Assembly (NCBI GenBank): GCA_036733985.1 | Contig: DAIMZM010000003.1 | Coordinates: 1-53,659 of the forward strand | Origin: Bacillota bacterium | GTDB lineage: Bacteria > Bacillota > Dehalobacteriia > UBA4068 | Direction: 5' to 3' | DNA length: 53,659 bases | Shown here: positions 34,721 through 42,989 of the stretch, one piece after another | Position numbering within the stretch: the stretch's first letter is position 1 | How the letters are laid out: every line of letters begins with the position of its first letter | Made by a program: the position numbers and the translations under genes | Notes under the pieces: model-generated | What the model was told of the DNA's origin: nothing | The model's input: the letters and a program-made list of their open reading frames with translations, nothing else | Database searches by the model: none

Positions 34721-36965
34721 GACTGCCGCCGCTCCCTTCGTTTTCCGCCTTATTTTCCGCTTGGTTTTCTGTTTCCCCTGGTAAACCCGGTTCAGCAACC
34801 GCCTTGGTTTCCAAGGCCAGGGTCGGTTCGGGCAATTCCTGTTCCGGGTAAGCGATGCGGCTATGGTTCATGCCGGATAAGACCATCATAAAGCTTTGGC
34901 CGATCAATTCCAGATCCCGGAAGGTCAGGGGGCATTCTTTCAGCTGGCCGTCGGCGATCTTGCTCTTGATCACTTCCTGCACCCGGTTTTCCAGCTGCTG
35001 CTGATCCGGGCTGCTCAGGGACTGCACCGCGGCCTGTACCGAATCGGCCAGCATCACCAGGGCCGCTTCCTTGGTTTGGGGCGGCCGGCCCTTATAGCTG
35101 TAATCCTCCAGCTTCACCTCATCCGGATCCAGGGCCATTTCCCTGGCTTTATGATAGAAATAGGTCAGCACGCTGTTGCCATGGTGCTGCTCCACAATAT
35201 CGATGATTTCCGCGGGGAAGCGCTGCTCTTTCAGCATTTTTATCCCATCCTGCACATGGGAGGTGATGATCATCGCCGACAGGCTGGACTGCAGCTTATC
35301 ATGGGGGTTCTCCCCGCTGCGCTGGTTCTCGATATAAAAATGGGGCCTTTTCAGCTTGCCGATATCATGATAGTAAGAAGAGACCCGTACCAAAAGGGCA
35401 TTGGCGCCAATGGCGTCGGCAGCGGTTTCCGCCAGATTGCCCAGGAGGATGCTGTGGTTATAGGTGCCGGGGGCTTCCATCATCAGCCGTTTCAGCAGCG
35501 GGTGATTGGAATTGGATAATTCCAGCAGCCGCACCACTGTGGTCACGCCAAAGCCGCTTTCCAGATAAGGCAGCAAGCCCATGGCCAAAATGGCGGAAAG
35601 CAGGCCGTTGATCAGGCCGAACAGCAGGCCTAAGGCAATGATGGAATAATTCTGGCTCCAGACCAGGCCCCAGGTGCCGATCACCAGCAGATTGGCGCCG
35701 GTGATATAGAGGCTGGCCCCCACGAACTGGCTGCGCTGGCTCAGATTGGCCGCGGAAAGGATGCCGGTCAGGCCGCCGGCCATGGCTGTCAGGGCAAAGG
35801 CCATCTGCCCATCCATGATAATGCCCACGCAGGCCGAGAGGAACAGGGTGCAGACAATGGCCGTATCCCGGTCCAGCAGCACGGCGATGAGCATGGAGGC
35901 TGAGGCCACCGGCAGCAAATAGCCGATCTGGGCCGCGGCCTCCGGGCCTTCGCCCACGCTGACCAGGGAGATCAGCTTGCTGATCAGCAGCACCACAATG
36001 AGGATCACCGCCAGCAAGAGCATGGAGGAGCGATGCTCGAACACCTTTTTCTGATAGGCCCGCAAATAGAGGTAAAGCAGGCTGAACAGCAAAGCCACCA
36101 GGAACAGCAGGCCGATATAAGGGGCATAGGCGGCGTTTTCACTTTGCAGGCCCAAGGCGGTCAGGGCCTCGATCTGCTCCGGCGTAATGGAAGCGCCCCG
36201 GCTGACCAGCTTCTGGCCGGATTTCACCGTCACCTCCACCGGCGTGACCTGGCTCATGGCCTCGTCAATGGCGGCGGCGGTGGCCATGGAATCAAAGACT
36301 TCATTATAAGCCAGGGTCATATCGGCCAGCAGGCCCTTTAAAAACAATTCCTCATTATCCGTAATGGTGGAGCCGGCAATAGCCGTGGCAATGGCCTGGC
36401 GGGCGTTTTCCACCTCATTCTCAGACACGCCCTGGGCATAGGTATCCTCAATAGCCCCCTTGAAAACAGCGGCCAGGCTGCTCCGGCCAGAGCGGCTCAT
36501 CTCCAGGACAGCCTGGAGCACCTCGTCGCTGTGGGTACCGGGAAGCTCTGTCCGGAGGGTTGCCAAAGCCTCGCCAACAGCCCCGGCCCCTGCCTCCGGA
36601 TCCGCCTCCGCCTCTGCCCGGCGCTCCGCGGCAAGATTGACGGCGGTGAAATAGCTATCCACCATGGCCAGCAGGTTTTCCGCCACCTTGTCGTCAATGA
36701 CCATGATCTGCCCCACTTCCGCGGCAGCGCCGCTCTTGGCCTCATTGGTACGGATGGCACTGGTATAGCTGGTGGTATTACCGCCGTAAAAAATATCTTC
36801 CCCAGCGATTTCCCCGGCGGTCAGGGAGACCCGCTCCGGCAGCAGGCCGATACTGAGGATCAGATAAAAGACTGCCACGCATAAAACCAGATAGACCGGA
36901 CGGGTTTCCTTCCAGCCCAGCTGTTTCAATTTCACCGCCTGGCGGCCGGTTTTTTTAGCGAACAT
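34671..36965 (-). CDS. pgpH: 7TM-HD membrane phosphohydrolase (PgpH/YqfF family, cyclic-di-AMP phosphodiesterase type)
   Basis: Extracellular N-domain, 7 TM helices, HD domain (YYHDIGK, EQHHGNS). Conserved phoH-pgpH-ybeY order. Confidence 0.85.
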   Translation of the reverse strand: MFAKKTGRQAVKLKQLGWKETRPVYLVLCVAVFYLILSIGLLPERVSLTAGEIAGEDIFYGGNTTSYTSAIRTNEAKSGAAAEVGQIMVIDDKVAENLLAMVDSYFTAVNLAAERRAEAEADPEAGAGAVGEALATLRTELPGTHSDEVLQAVLEMSRSGRSSLAAVFKGAIEDTYAQGVSENEVENARQAIATAIAGSTITDNEELFLKGLLADMTLAYNEVFDSMATAAAIDEAMSQVTPVEVTVKSGQKLVSRGASITPEQIEALTALGLQSENAAYAPYIGLLFLVALLFSLLYLYLRAYQKKVFEHRSSMLLLAVILIVVLLISKLISLVSVGEGPEAAAQIGYLLPVASASMLIAVLLDRDTAIVCTLFLSACVGIIMDGQMAFALTAMAGGLTGILSAANLSQRSQFVGASLYITGANLLVIGTWGLVWSQNYSIIALGLLFGLINGLLSAILAMGLLPYLESGFGVTTVVRLLELSNSNHPLLKRLMMEAPGTYNHSILLGNLAETAADAIGANALLVRVSSYYHDIGKLKRPHFYIENQRSGENPHDKLQSSLSAMIITSHVQDGIKMLKEQRFPAEIIDIVEQHHGNSVLTYFYHKAREMALDPDEVKLEDYSYKGRPPQTKEAALVMLADSVQAAVQSLSSPDQQQLENRVQEVIKSKIADGQLKECPLTFRDLELIGQSFMMVLSGMNHSRIAYPEQELPEPTLALETKAVAEPGLPGETENQAENKAENEGSGGSHDSQPNHQPEAAGESH

Positions 36966-36977
36966 AAGCGATCCTTT

Positions 36978-37925
36978 CTACACCCACTTCCGCTCATAAG
37001 CTTCAATGATTTTCTGCACCAGGGGGTGGCGTACCACATCCACTTTGGTCAGATAACAAAAGACCAGCCCCTCAATATCCTTCAGCCTGCGCTCAGCTTC
37101 GATCAGGCCGGAGGTCTGTCCCGGCGGCAAATCGATCTGGGTGATATCCCCGGTGACAATAGCCCGGGAACCCTGGCCCAGGCGGGTCAGGAACATTTTC
37201 ATCTGCTGGGGCGTGGTGTTCTGGGCCTCGTCCAGGATGATAAAGGCGTCGTCCAGGGTGCGGCCCCGCATATAAGCCAAGGGGGCCACCTCGATAATAT
37301 TGCGATCCATAGCCTTTCTGGCCTGTTCCAGGCCCATCGTCTCGTTCAGGGCATCGTAAAGGGGGCGTAAATAGGGGTTGACCTTATCCTGCAGATCCCC
37401 GGGCAGAAAGCCCAGCTTTTCCCCGGCCTCCACAGCCGGCCTGGCCAAAACGATCCGGGACACCTGCCGGGTTTTTAAGGCCATCACCGCCTTGACCACA
37501 GCCAGAAACGTTTTGCCCGTACCTGCCGGGCCAATGGCAAAGACCAGCTCATGGCTGTCGATAGCCTGCAAATACTGCCACTGGCCAAAGCTTTTGGCCT
37601 TGATGGCCCGGCCCCCGGGGGTGGTAAAAACCGTTTTGGTCAGCAAAGCCGTGATATTGGGCTTGTCCTCATCCGCGGCTGACAAAGCATAATTCACCGT
37701 CATGGCGGAAATGGCCACCCCGGCGGCTGCCAGGGAATAAAGATGGCGGAAAACCTGCTCCGCCCGGTTTAAAGCCGCCTCCTCGCCGCTGGCAATGATT
37801 TCCCCGCCCCTGGCCATCAGCTGCAGCCGCAGGCCCTGCTCCACCTGGCGCAAATACTTGTCCTGATAACCGAAAATTTCCGCCGCAACAACATTATCCT
37901 CCAAAATTATCCTGCGTTCTGCCAA
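36978..37925 (-). CDS. phoH: PhoH-family ATPase
   Basis: GPAGTGKTFLAV P-loop and ILDEAQN. TTG start. Confidence 0.88.
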   Translation of the reverse strand: MAERRIILEDNVVAAEIFGYQDKYLRQVEQGLRLQLMARGGEIIASGEEAALNRAEQVFRHLYSLAAAGVAISAMTVNYALSAADEDKPNITALLTKTVFTTPGGRAIKAKSFGQWQYLQAIDSHELVFAIGPAGTGKTFLAVVKAVMALKTRQVSRIVLARPAVEAGEKLGFLPGDLQDKVNPYLRPLYDALNETMGLEQARKAMDRNIIEVAPLAYMRGRTLDDAFIILDEAQNTTPQQMKMFLTRLGQGSRAIVTGDITQIDLPPGQTSGLIEAERRLKDIEGLVFCYLTKVDVVRHPLVQKIIEAYERKWV

Positions 37926-37977
37926 AGATCCTACGCTCCTTTATTCAGTCTCACAGCCTTAAGCGGCCTATTATATT

Positions 37978-38226
37978 GTTAGAACCCTTCTTTTCTTATA
38001 AGATTAAAGAAGCAAAAGAATTTTAACTTTATGCAAAGTCACGGCCTGCTGGGATTGAGCCTCTCCGTTTACTTTAAGATTAAGATTTTAAAACTAAAAA
38101 TTTAAAAAGAATAATAAAGAATGATAATGATATTTAGGAAAGAAAATAAATGGGTTAAAGTGAAAACCGGATACTTTTAAACTTTTCTTGGTTCTTCTTT
38201 TTTTAAAAGAAGAACGGTTTTAAACC
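37978..38226. repeat. AT-rich inverted hairpin-pair repeat, locus D (largest, about 145-nt extremely AT-rich core)
   Basis: GTTAGAACC-CTTCTTTTCTTATAAGATTAAAGAAG-CAAAAGAATTTTAAC (37978-38030) and TTTTAAACTTTTCTTG-GTTCTTCTTTT-TTTA-AAAGAAGAAC-GGTTTTAAAC (38175-38226). The terminal TTTAAA supplies the stop codon of the gene at 38220. Confidence 0.8.
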
Positions 38227-38957
38227 CCGGCAGGATCAGCGCCCTGACTGGGAAAAAAGGGGCATTGCCGATGAAGGCAGTCGGGGTTGCCGCTAAACTG
38301 GCGGCAAAGATAGGGGCGGCCGCTGTCGCCAAAAACGCCTAACGCCGCTTTCGCCACCTGGATGGCGGTAACGGCTTCCCGCTTACAGCAGCGGGCGCCG
38401 CCCCGCTTGCCAATCTCCAGCAGGGCCAGGGCTGTCAATTCATTGGCCCGGCCCCGTTCCGCCAGGGAAAGGGGGGTGGTTTGATGGATGACCGCGTAAG
38501 CGATGCCCAGGCCCACGGCTGCGCCGCAGGCCCCATGGCTGCCGCAGGCGCCCCCGGGAACCGCCTTGCCCCGGGCAATGGCCACCTTGATTGCCAGCCG
38601 GTTTTGCCGGCCCAGGCTATTGCCATAAGCCGCCACCAGCACCGCCGGGACAATGCTATGATATTCCGGCCCATGCATATGCAGCATGGGCAGCGCGAAG
38701 ATTTCCAAAGCCAATTCCAGGGGGTCCGTGGCCCTGCTCTGCCAGCAGATTTGCTCCACCAGGGCCAGGATATCCCGGCGATGGCATTCATCGCAGACAT
38801 AATGGCCATTGGCGCAAAAAACCTGGGCAGATTCGGTTTTGCCGCAATAATAACAGCTGACCTGAAAGGGCTTGTCCGGGCTGTAAATCAGCTCCCCGCC
38901 GCAGACCAGGCAGCCGGAGAGATAGCCGCTGCCCGGGCAGCAAGCATTGTTCGCCAT
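38220..38957 (-). CDS. cysteine-rich hypothetical protein (DUF5714-like; N-terminal Cys/His zinc-ribbon-like motifs)
   Basis: CLVCGG..CYYCGK..CANGHYVCDECH at the N-terminus, GACGSHGACG mid-protein, CCKRE and C..C at the C-terminus. The family assignment is from memory only. Confidence 0.5.
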   Translation of the reverse strand: MANNACCPGSGYLSGCLVCGGELIYSPDKPFQVSCYYCGKTESAQVFCANGHYVCDECHRRDILALVEQICWQSRATDPLELALEIFALPMLHMHGPEYHSIVPAVLVAAYGNSLGRQNRLAIKVAIARGKAVPGGACGSHGACGAAVGLGIAYAVIHQTTPLSLAERGRANELTALALLEIGKRGGARCCKREAVTAIQVAKAALGVFGDSGRPYLCRQFSGNPDCLHRQCPFFPSQGADPAGV

Positions 38958-39040
38958 AGGATTGACGCTCCGCTTTCCATAAAATACCGCAAATGCCTGG
39001 GTCCGGCTTGTCCAGGCTGGGGGCAGCCGCCGGCTGCCGT

Positions 39041-40252
39041 TTAAGGCCCGGAAGCTGCCGCAGGCTGGAAGCCGCCCAGCTCGGTCTGGGCTTCCAGGGT
39101 GACGCTGGCCCGGCGCAGGCTTTCTTCCAGCCGGATATCGTCCACCCGGGTCTCCACGATCCGGGTTACGGCGATATCATATTGGGCAAACAGGGCTTTC
39201 CGGGCATTCAGCTCAGCCCGTTTCCTGGCCAGGGCCTGGGCTTTTTCCGGGCCGTAGACGGTTGTCTTGGCTTCAAGCTCGTGAAATGCGGTGGTTACTA
39301 CTTCGACGGGCAGGCTGAGATTCCTCCACAAGCAGGCGTCGGCCCTGAGCCGTTCCTGGACGAACAGGCCGAAGGGGCTTTCCCCGCCGCCTTGCACCAC
39401 CCAGGTTTGGCCGTTGGCAAAAGTGATCTCACTAGCGGACCAGGCGCTCTTGCCTGTTTTCAGCATACCCGTTTCCTTCAGCGGGCATTCCCCATAGCCG
39501 GAAGCCCAGATACGGGCGGTGACAATGCCGTCCGCCGCCACCGGCTCCGCGCTCAAACCGGAATAGCCGTAAATCAGCACATCGCCTTTCTGCACCGGCT
39601 GGCCGCTGGCCACCGCGGCTGTGCCCCGGCGCACCAGCACGTCGATGATCACCCCGTCGGCCAGGGCCACCACATTGCCCGGGGGCTTCCTGGCTTCCGT
39701 AGGCGTCACATCCACCCGCCGGGCCACCGCCAGCTCCACCCGCTGGCCCCGGACCTTGGCTTCCACATAAAAAAGCTGGGGCATGGCATGGAGCAGATAG
39801 GCCTCCACCTGCTCCACATCTACCCGAAGCCGGGTCACGCCGGGCTTCAGGCCCGCCGCCGCCGCCAAATCCAGCACCTGCTGCAGCTCCTGATCGGAAA
39901 GAGGGCCTTCCCCGGCCACAGTGACTTCCACCACCAGGGTGCTTAAAAAGAGCATCAGCAGCAAGGCCAGGAGCGCGGCCAGGGGCAGCAAGGGCCGCCG
40001 GCGCAGCAAAGCCTGGAAAAAGGGCAGGCCCCGGCGGCGGACAAAGCGCACCCGGCAGCGGCTGTCCCGGGCGGCCCGGCGCAGCAGGGGCAGCTGATCA
40101 TAAGCCAGCCGGGCGCTGCAGCCCCGGCTATCCAGGCAAATATCCGTCAATTCCAGGCCCTGGTTTAAGGCCGCGTCCAGAAAAGCGCCGGCATCGCCCA
40201 AGACCCGGATATCCAGGCTACCCTGGAACAGGCGGAGGGGGTCAGTTTTCAT
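39041..40252 (-). CDS. yqfD: sporulation protein YqfD
   Basis: MKTDPLRLFQGSLDIRVLG.. with one TM helix and a conserved C-terminal domain. Its start overlaps the yqfC stop. Confidence 0.85.
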   Translation of the reverse strand: MKTDPLRLFQGSLDIRVLGDAGAFLDAALNQGLELTDICLDSRGCSARLAYDQLPLLRRAARDSRCRVRFVRRRGLPFFQALLRRRPLLPLAALLALLLMLFLSTLVVEVTVAGEGPLSDQELQQVLDLAAAAGLKPGVTRLRVDVEQVEAYLLHAMPQLFYVEAKVRGQRVELAVARRVDVTPTEARKPPGNVVALADGVIIDVLVRRGTAAVASGQPVQKGDVLIYGYSGLSAEPVAADGIVTARIWASGYGECPLKETGMLKTGKSAWSASEITFANGQTWVVQGGGESPFGLFVQERLRADACLWRNLSLPVEVVTTAFHELEAKTTVYGPEKAQALARKRAELNARKALFAQYDIAVTRIVETRVDDIRLEESLRRASVTLEAQTELGGFQPAAASGP

Positions 40253-40526
40253 GCTTTGCCACCTCCGCCAGCTGCACGTCATCGATGCGGCCCTGGATTT
40301 CCAGGCGTTCCCGGCTCAGGCTCAGCAGGCAGAGGCCCTCCCCCCGCACCCGGGCCCATTCATGCCGGCCCCGGAAAACGATCAGATCCGGCTGATAGAC
40401 CCGGATGCCCTGATGGTTTTCCGCGATCAGCAGGCGGCTGCCGATCAGCTCCAGACGCAAATCATCCCCAGCCACCCCGGCCGGTATCTCCAACAGCTCC
40501 GCCGCCTTCCGCACCCCGCTTTTCAC
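40242..40526 (-). CDS. yqfC: sporulation protein YqfC (YabP family)
   Basis: LEIPAGVAGDDLRLELIG...I.ENH.GI.. follows the YabP/YqfC pattern. GTG start. Confidence 0.85.
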   Translation of the reverse strand: MKSGVRKAAELLEIPAGVAGDDLRLELIGSRLLIAENHQGIRVYQPDLIVFRGRHEWARVRGEGLCLLSLSRERLEIQGRIDDVQLAEVAKHEN

Positions 40527-40623
40527 GCAATCACCTCAGTCTATCTTATGCGAAGAAAAGGGGAAAATGATAAGGCGCCGCTGAAAGCCCGGCATAGTGA
40601 AGGGGCGCGGGGGCTTTCCGGGT

Positions 40624-42216
40624 TTAGGCGTCCTCGTCCTCCGCGCTTAGGAGCCGGTTTAAGTCCTCGGCCCGGACATAGGGCAGCCGCAGCCAGAAGC
40701 GGCAGCCCTGGCCCAGTCCGCTTTCCACGCCGTACTGGGCATGATGCAGCTCCATAATGCCCTTGACGATACTGAGACCCAAGCCGCTGCTGTGGCCGGC
40801 CCGCTCCGGCGCGTCCGCGTGATAGTAGCGGTCCCAGATATGGGGCAGATCCTCAGCGGCAATGCCTGGGCCATGATCAATGACCCAGACCTTCACCAGT
40901 CCTTCACCGGTTTCCTGGCGCACCTGGATCAGCTTATCCGCCCCGGCATGGGTCAGGGCATTGTTCAGGATATTGCCCAGGGCCTGGAGGATGCGGGCCT
41001 CGTCCGCGTTGACAATGACTTCCTGATCGATGGAGAGGCCGATCCGATAGCCTTCCGGCTCCAGCAGGGCATTGTAGCGGTTGACAAAATCCCTGAGGCT
41101 TTCGCTCAAATCAAATTCCGAACAGCTGATCTGCTGGGTGCCGGAGCTGAGCCGGGAATAATCCAGCACATCATTGACCAGGCGGGTCAGGCGCTGGGTT
41201 TCCTGGATGATCACAGCCAGGCTTTCCACCCGGTCTTCCTCCGGGAAATCCCGCATGTATTCCGCATAGCCGCCGATCATGGTCAGGGGCGTGCGCAGAT
41301 CATGGGAAATATTGGCCACAATATCCCGCTGCAGCTTTTCGCTGCGGCCCAGCTCCGCCGCGGCATAGTTCAGGCTGTCCGCCAGCTCGTTGATCTCCCG
41401 GTAGCCGCCGCCGTCGAAATGCTGGGCGAAATTGCCCCCGGCCAAAGCATGGGCAGACCTGGTCAGGCGGCAGATGGGCCGGGACAGGCGGCTGGCAATC
41501 AGGTTGGAGAGGATCAGGGCCAGCAGCACCAGGATGGCGCTGATCCAGACCAGCTGCTGGCGGAGGGTGCTGACCGTGGCGTGCACCGGGCTGATGCTGG
41601 CATTCAGCAGCAGCAAATGGGTCTGGCCATCCGCATCCTGGAACACGGAGGCGTAGACCAGGCTGTCCGGCAGGGTGATGTCCCGGGCTTCCCAGAAACG
41701 GGCGTCCCCGTCCTGACCGCCGGGCAGGGAAAACTGCGCCCGGCTGATGCGCTCGCTGAACACGCCGCCATTATCCCGGGCGGAAAAATAGTAGCTGGCA
41801 ATATTCTCGCTGCCGATATGGTGGATGATGCAATCGCTCAAGACATCCGCGGAGGCGGTGCGGAGGAAGCTGACCTTCCAGCCGTTATCCTGCACATTAT
41901 AGAGGCTGACGCAGATCTGCCGCCGCTGGGCCAGATCCATCACCACCGCCTGCACATCCCCTTGGGTCACGCCCTCCCGGATGGCCAGGGCGGACTGCTT
42001 AATATTCTCGGTTTTCACCCGCTCGTAAAAGTCGTCCAGATAAACCACCTGGAACAGCCAGAGCAGGCAGACCATGGTCAGGGAAAAGGCCAGCAGATAG
42101 AAGAAAATGCGCCAGCGCAGCGGGGTGCCGTGCCAGCGCATGGCCAGGGTGGGCCGGTTGTCCTGCCGGGGTTTAGGAACGCCCGGTTGTTTCTTCCGCT
42201 TCAAAACGGTAACCAA
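40624..42216 (-). CDS. sensor histidine kinase (two TM helices, extracytoplasmic domain, HisKA, HATPase_c)
   Basis: H-box SHDLRTPLT, N-box ILNNALTH, G-box GLGLSIVKG. The start is uncertain (TTG 42216/42204 or ATG 42141). Confidence 0.85.
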   Translation of the reverse strand: MVTVLKRKKQPGVPKPRQDNRPTLAMRWHGTPLRWRIFFYLLAFSLTMVCLLWLFQVVYLDDFYERVKTENIKQSALAIREGVTQGDVQAVVMDLAQRRQICVSLYNVQDNGWKVSFLRTASADVLSDCIIHHIGSENIASYYFSARDNGGVFSERISRAQFSLPGGQDGDARFWEARDITLPDSLVYASVFQDADGQTHLLLLNASISPVHATVSTLRQQLVWISAILVLLALILSNLIASRLSRPICRLTRSAHALAGGNFAQHFDGGGYREINELADSLNYAAAELGRSEKLQRDIVANISHDLRTPLTMIGGYAEYMRDFPEEDRVESLAVIIQETQRLTRLVNDVLDYSRLSSGTQQISCSEFDLSESLRDFVNRYNALLEPEGYRIGLSIDQEVIVNADEARILQALGNILNNALTHAGADKLIQVRQETGEGLVKVWVIDHGPGIAAEDLPHIWDRYYHADAPERAGHSSGLGLSIVKGIMELHHAQYGVESGLGQGCRFWLRLPYVRAEDLNRLLSAEDEDA

Positions 42217-42868
42217 CTCCTCTGATGGTCACAATATAATCCCGGTATGGGCCCAGGGACAGCCGCAGCAGCTTGATATGGGTATCCAGGGTGCGGTCGT
42301 CGCCGAAGAAATCATAACCCCAGACATTGCTGATCAGCTGCTCCCGGGTTAAAGCCAGGCCCCGGTTGCGCACCAGGTAAGTGAGCAGATCATAAACCTT
42401 TGGCGAGAGCTCGGCCCGGACGCCGTCGATATAGACCAGGCGGGCGGGGAAATCAATGGTGAGGCCACCGAAGCTCAGGCGCTCATGGCCGGAATCTAGC
42501 CGGGCGCTGCGGCGGCTGATGATCACATTCACCCGCATCATCAGCTCCCTGGGGGAAAAGGGCTTGACCACATAATCGTCGATGCCCAGCTCAAAGCCGT
42601 GGAGGCGGTCATATTCCTCGCCCCGGGCCGAGAGCATCAGCACCGGCACATCCTTGCTTTTGCGGATTTCCCGGCAGGCGGAGAAGCCGTCCAGGCCCGG
42701 CATCATCACATCCATGATCACGATATCAAAATCCTGCTCCCGGCAGACCGTCACCGCATCCATGCCGTCCGCCGCCTCTTCCACGCTGTAGCCTTCAAAT
42801 TCCGCGTACTTACGGATCAGGGCGCGGATTTTCGCTTCGTCATCCACCACCAGTATCCGCTTACCCAT
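42173..42868 (-). CDS. OmpR-family response regulator
   Basis: ILVVDDE, DVMMPGLDG, C-terminal winged helix ..IVTIRGVGYRFE. ATG 42868 follows GGAGG. Confidence 0.9.
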   Translation of the reverse strand: MGKRILVVDDEAKIRALIRKYAEFEGYSVEEAADGMDAVTVCREQDFDIVIMDVMMPGLDGFSACREIRKSKDVPVLMLSARGEEYDRLHGFELGIDDYVVKPFSPRELMMRVNVIISRRSARLDSGHERLSFGGLTIDFPARLVYIDGVRAELSPKVYDLLTYLVRNRGLALTREQLISNVWGYDFFGDDRTLDTHIKLLRLSLGPYRDYIVTIRGVGYRFEAEETTGRS

Positions 42869-42989
42869 ACTGCCTCCGGACATAAAACCACCTCAATTTC
42901 TGAACAGGCTGTCCCTAAACCGCGGCCGCGCCTGCGCCGGCTTATTTCTGAACAGCCTGCTATCTATTATAACACGCTTTATCTTGGCA

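Noticed and set aside
40741-42225. 494-aa + strand ORF (also 42984-44363, 50756-51832, 52260-53426)
   Set aside because: These are antisense shadows of the histidine kinase, htrA, ABC permease and desulfurase-like genes respectively.
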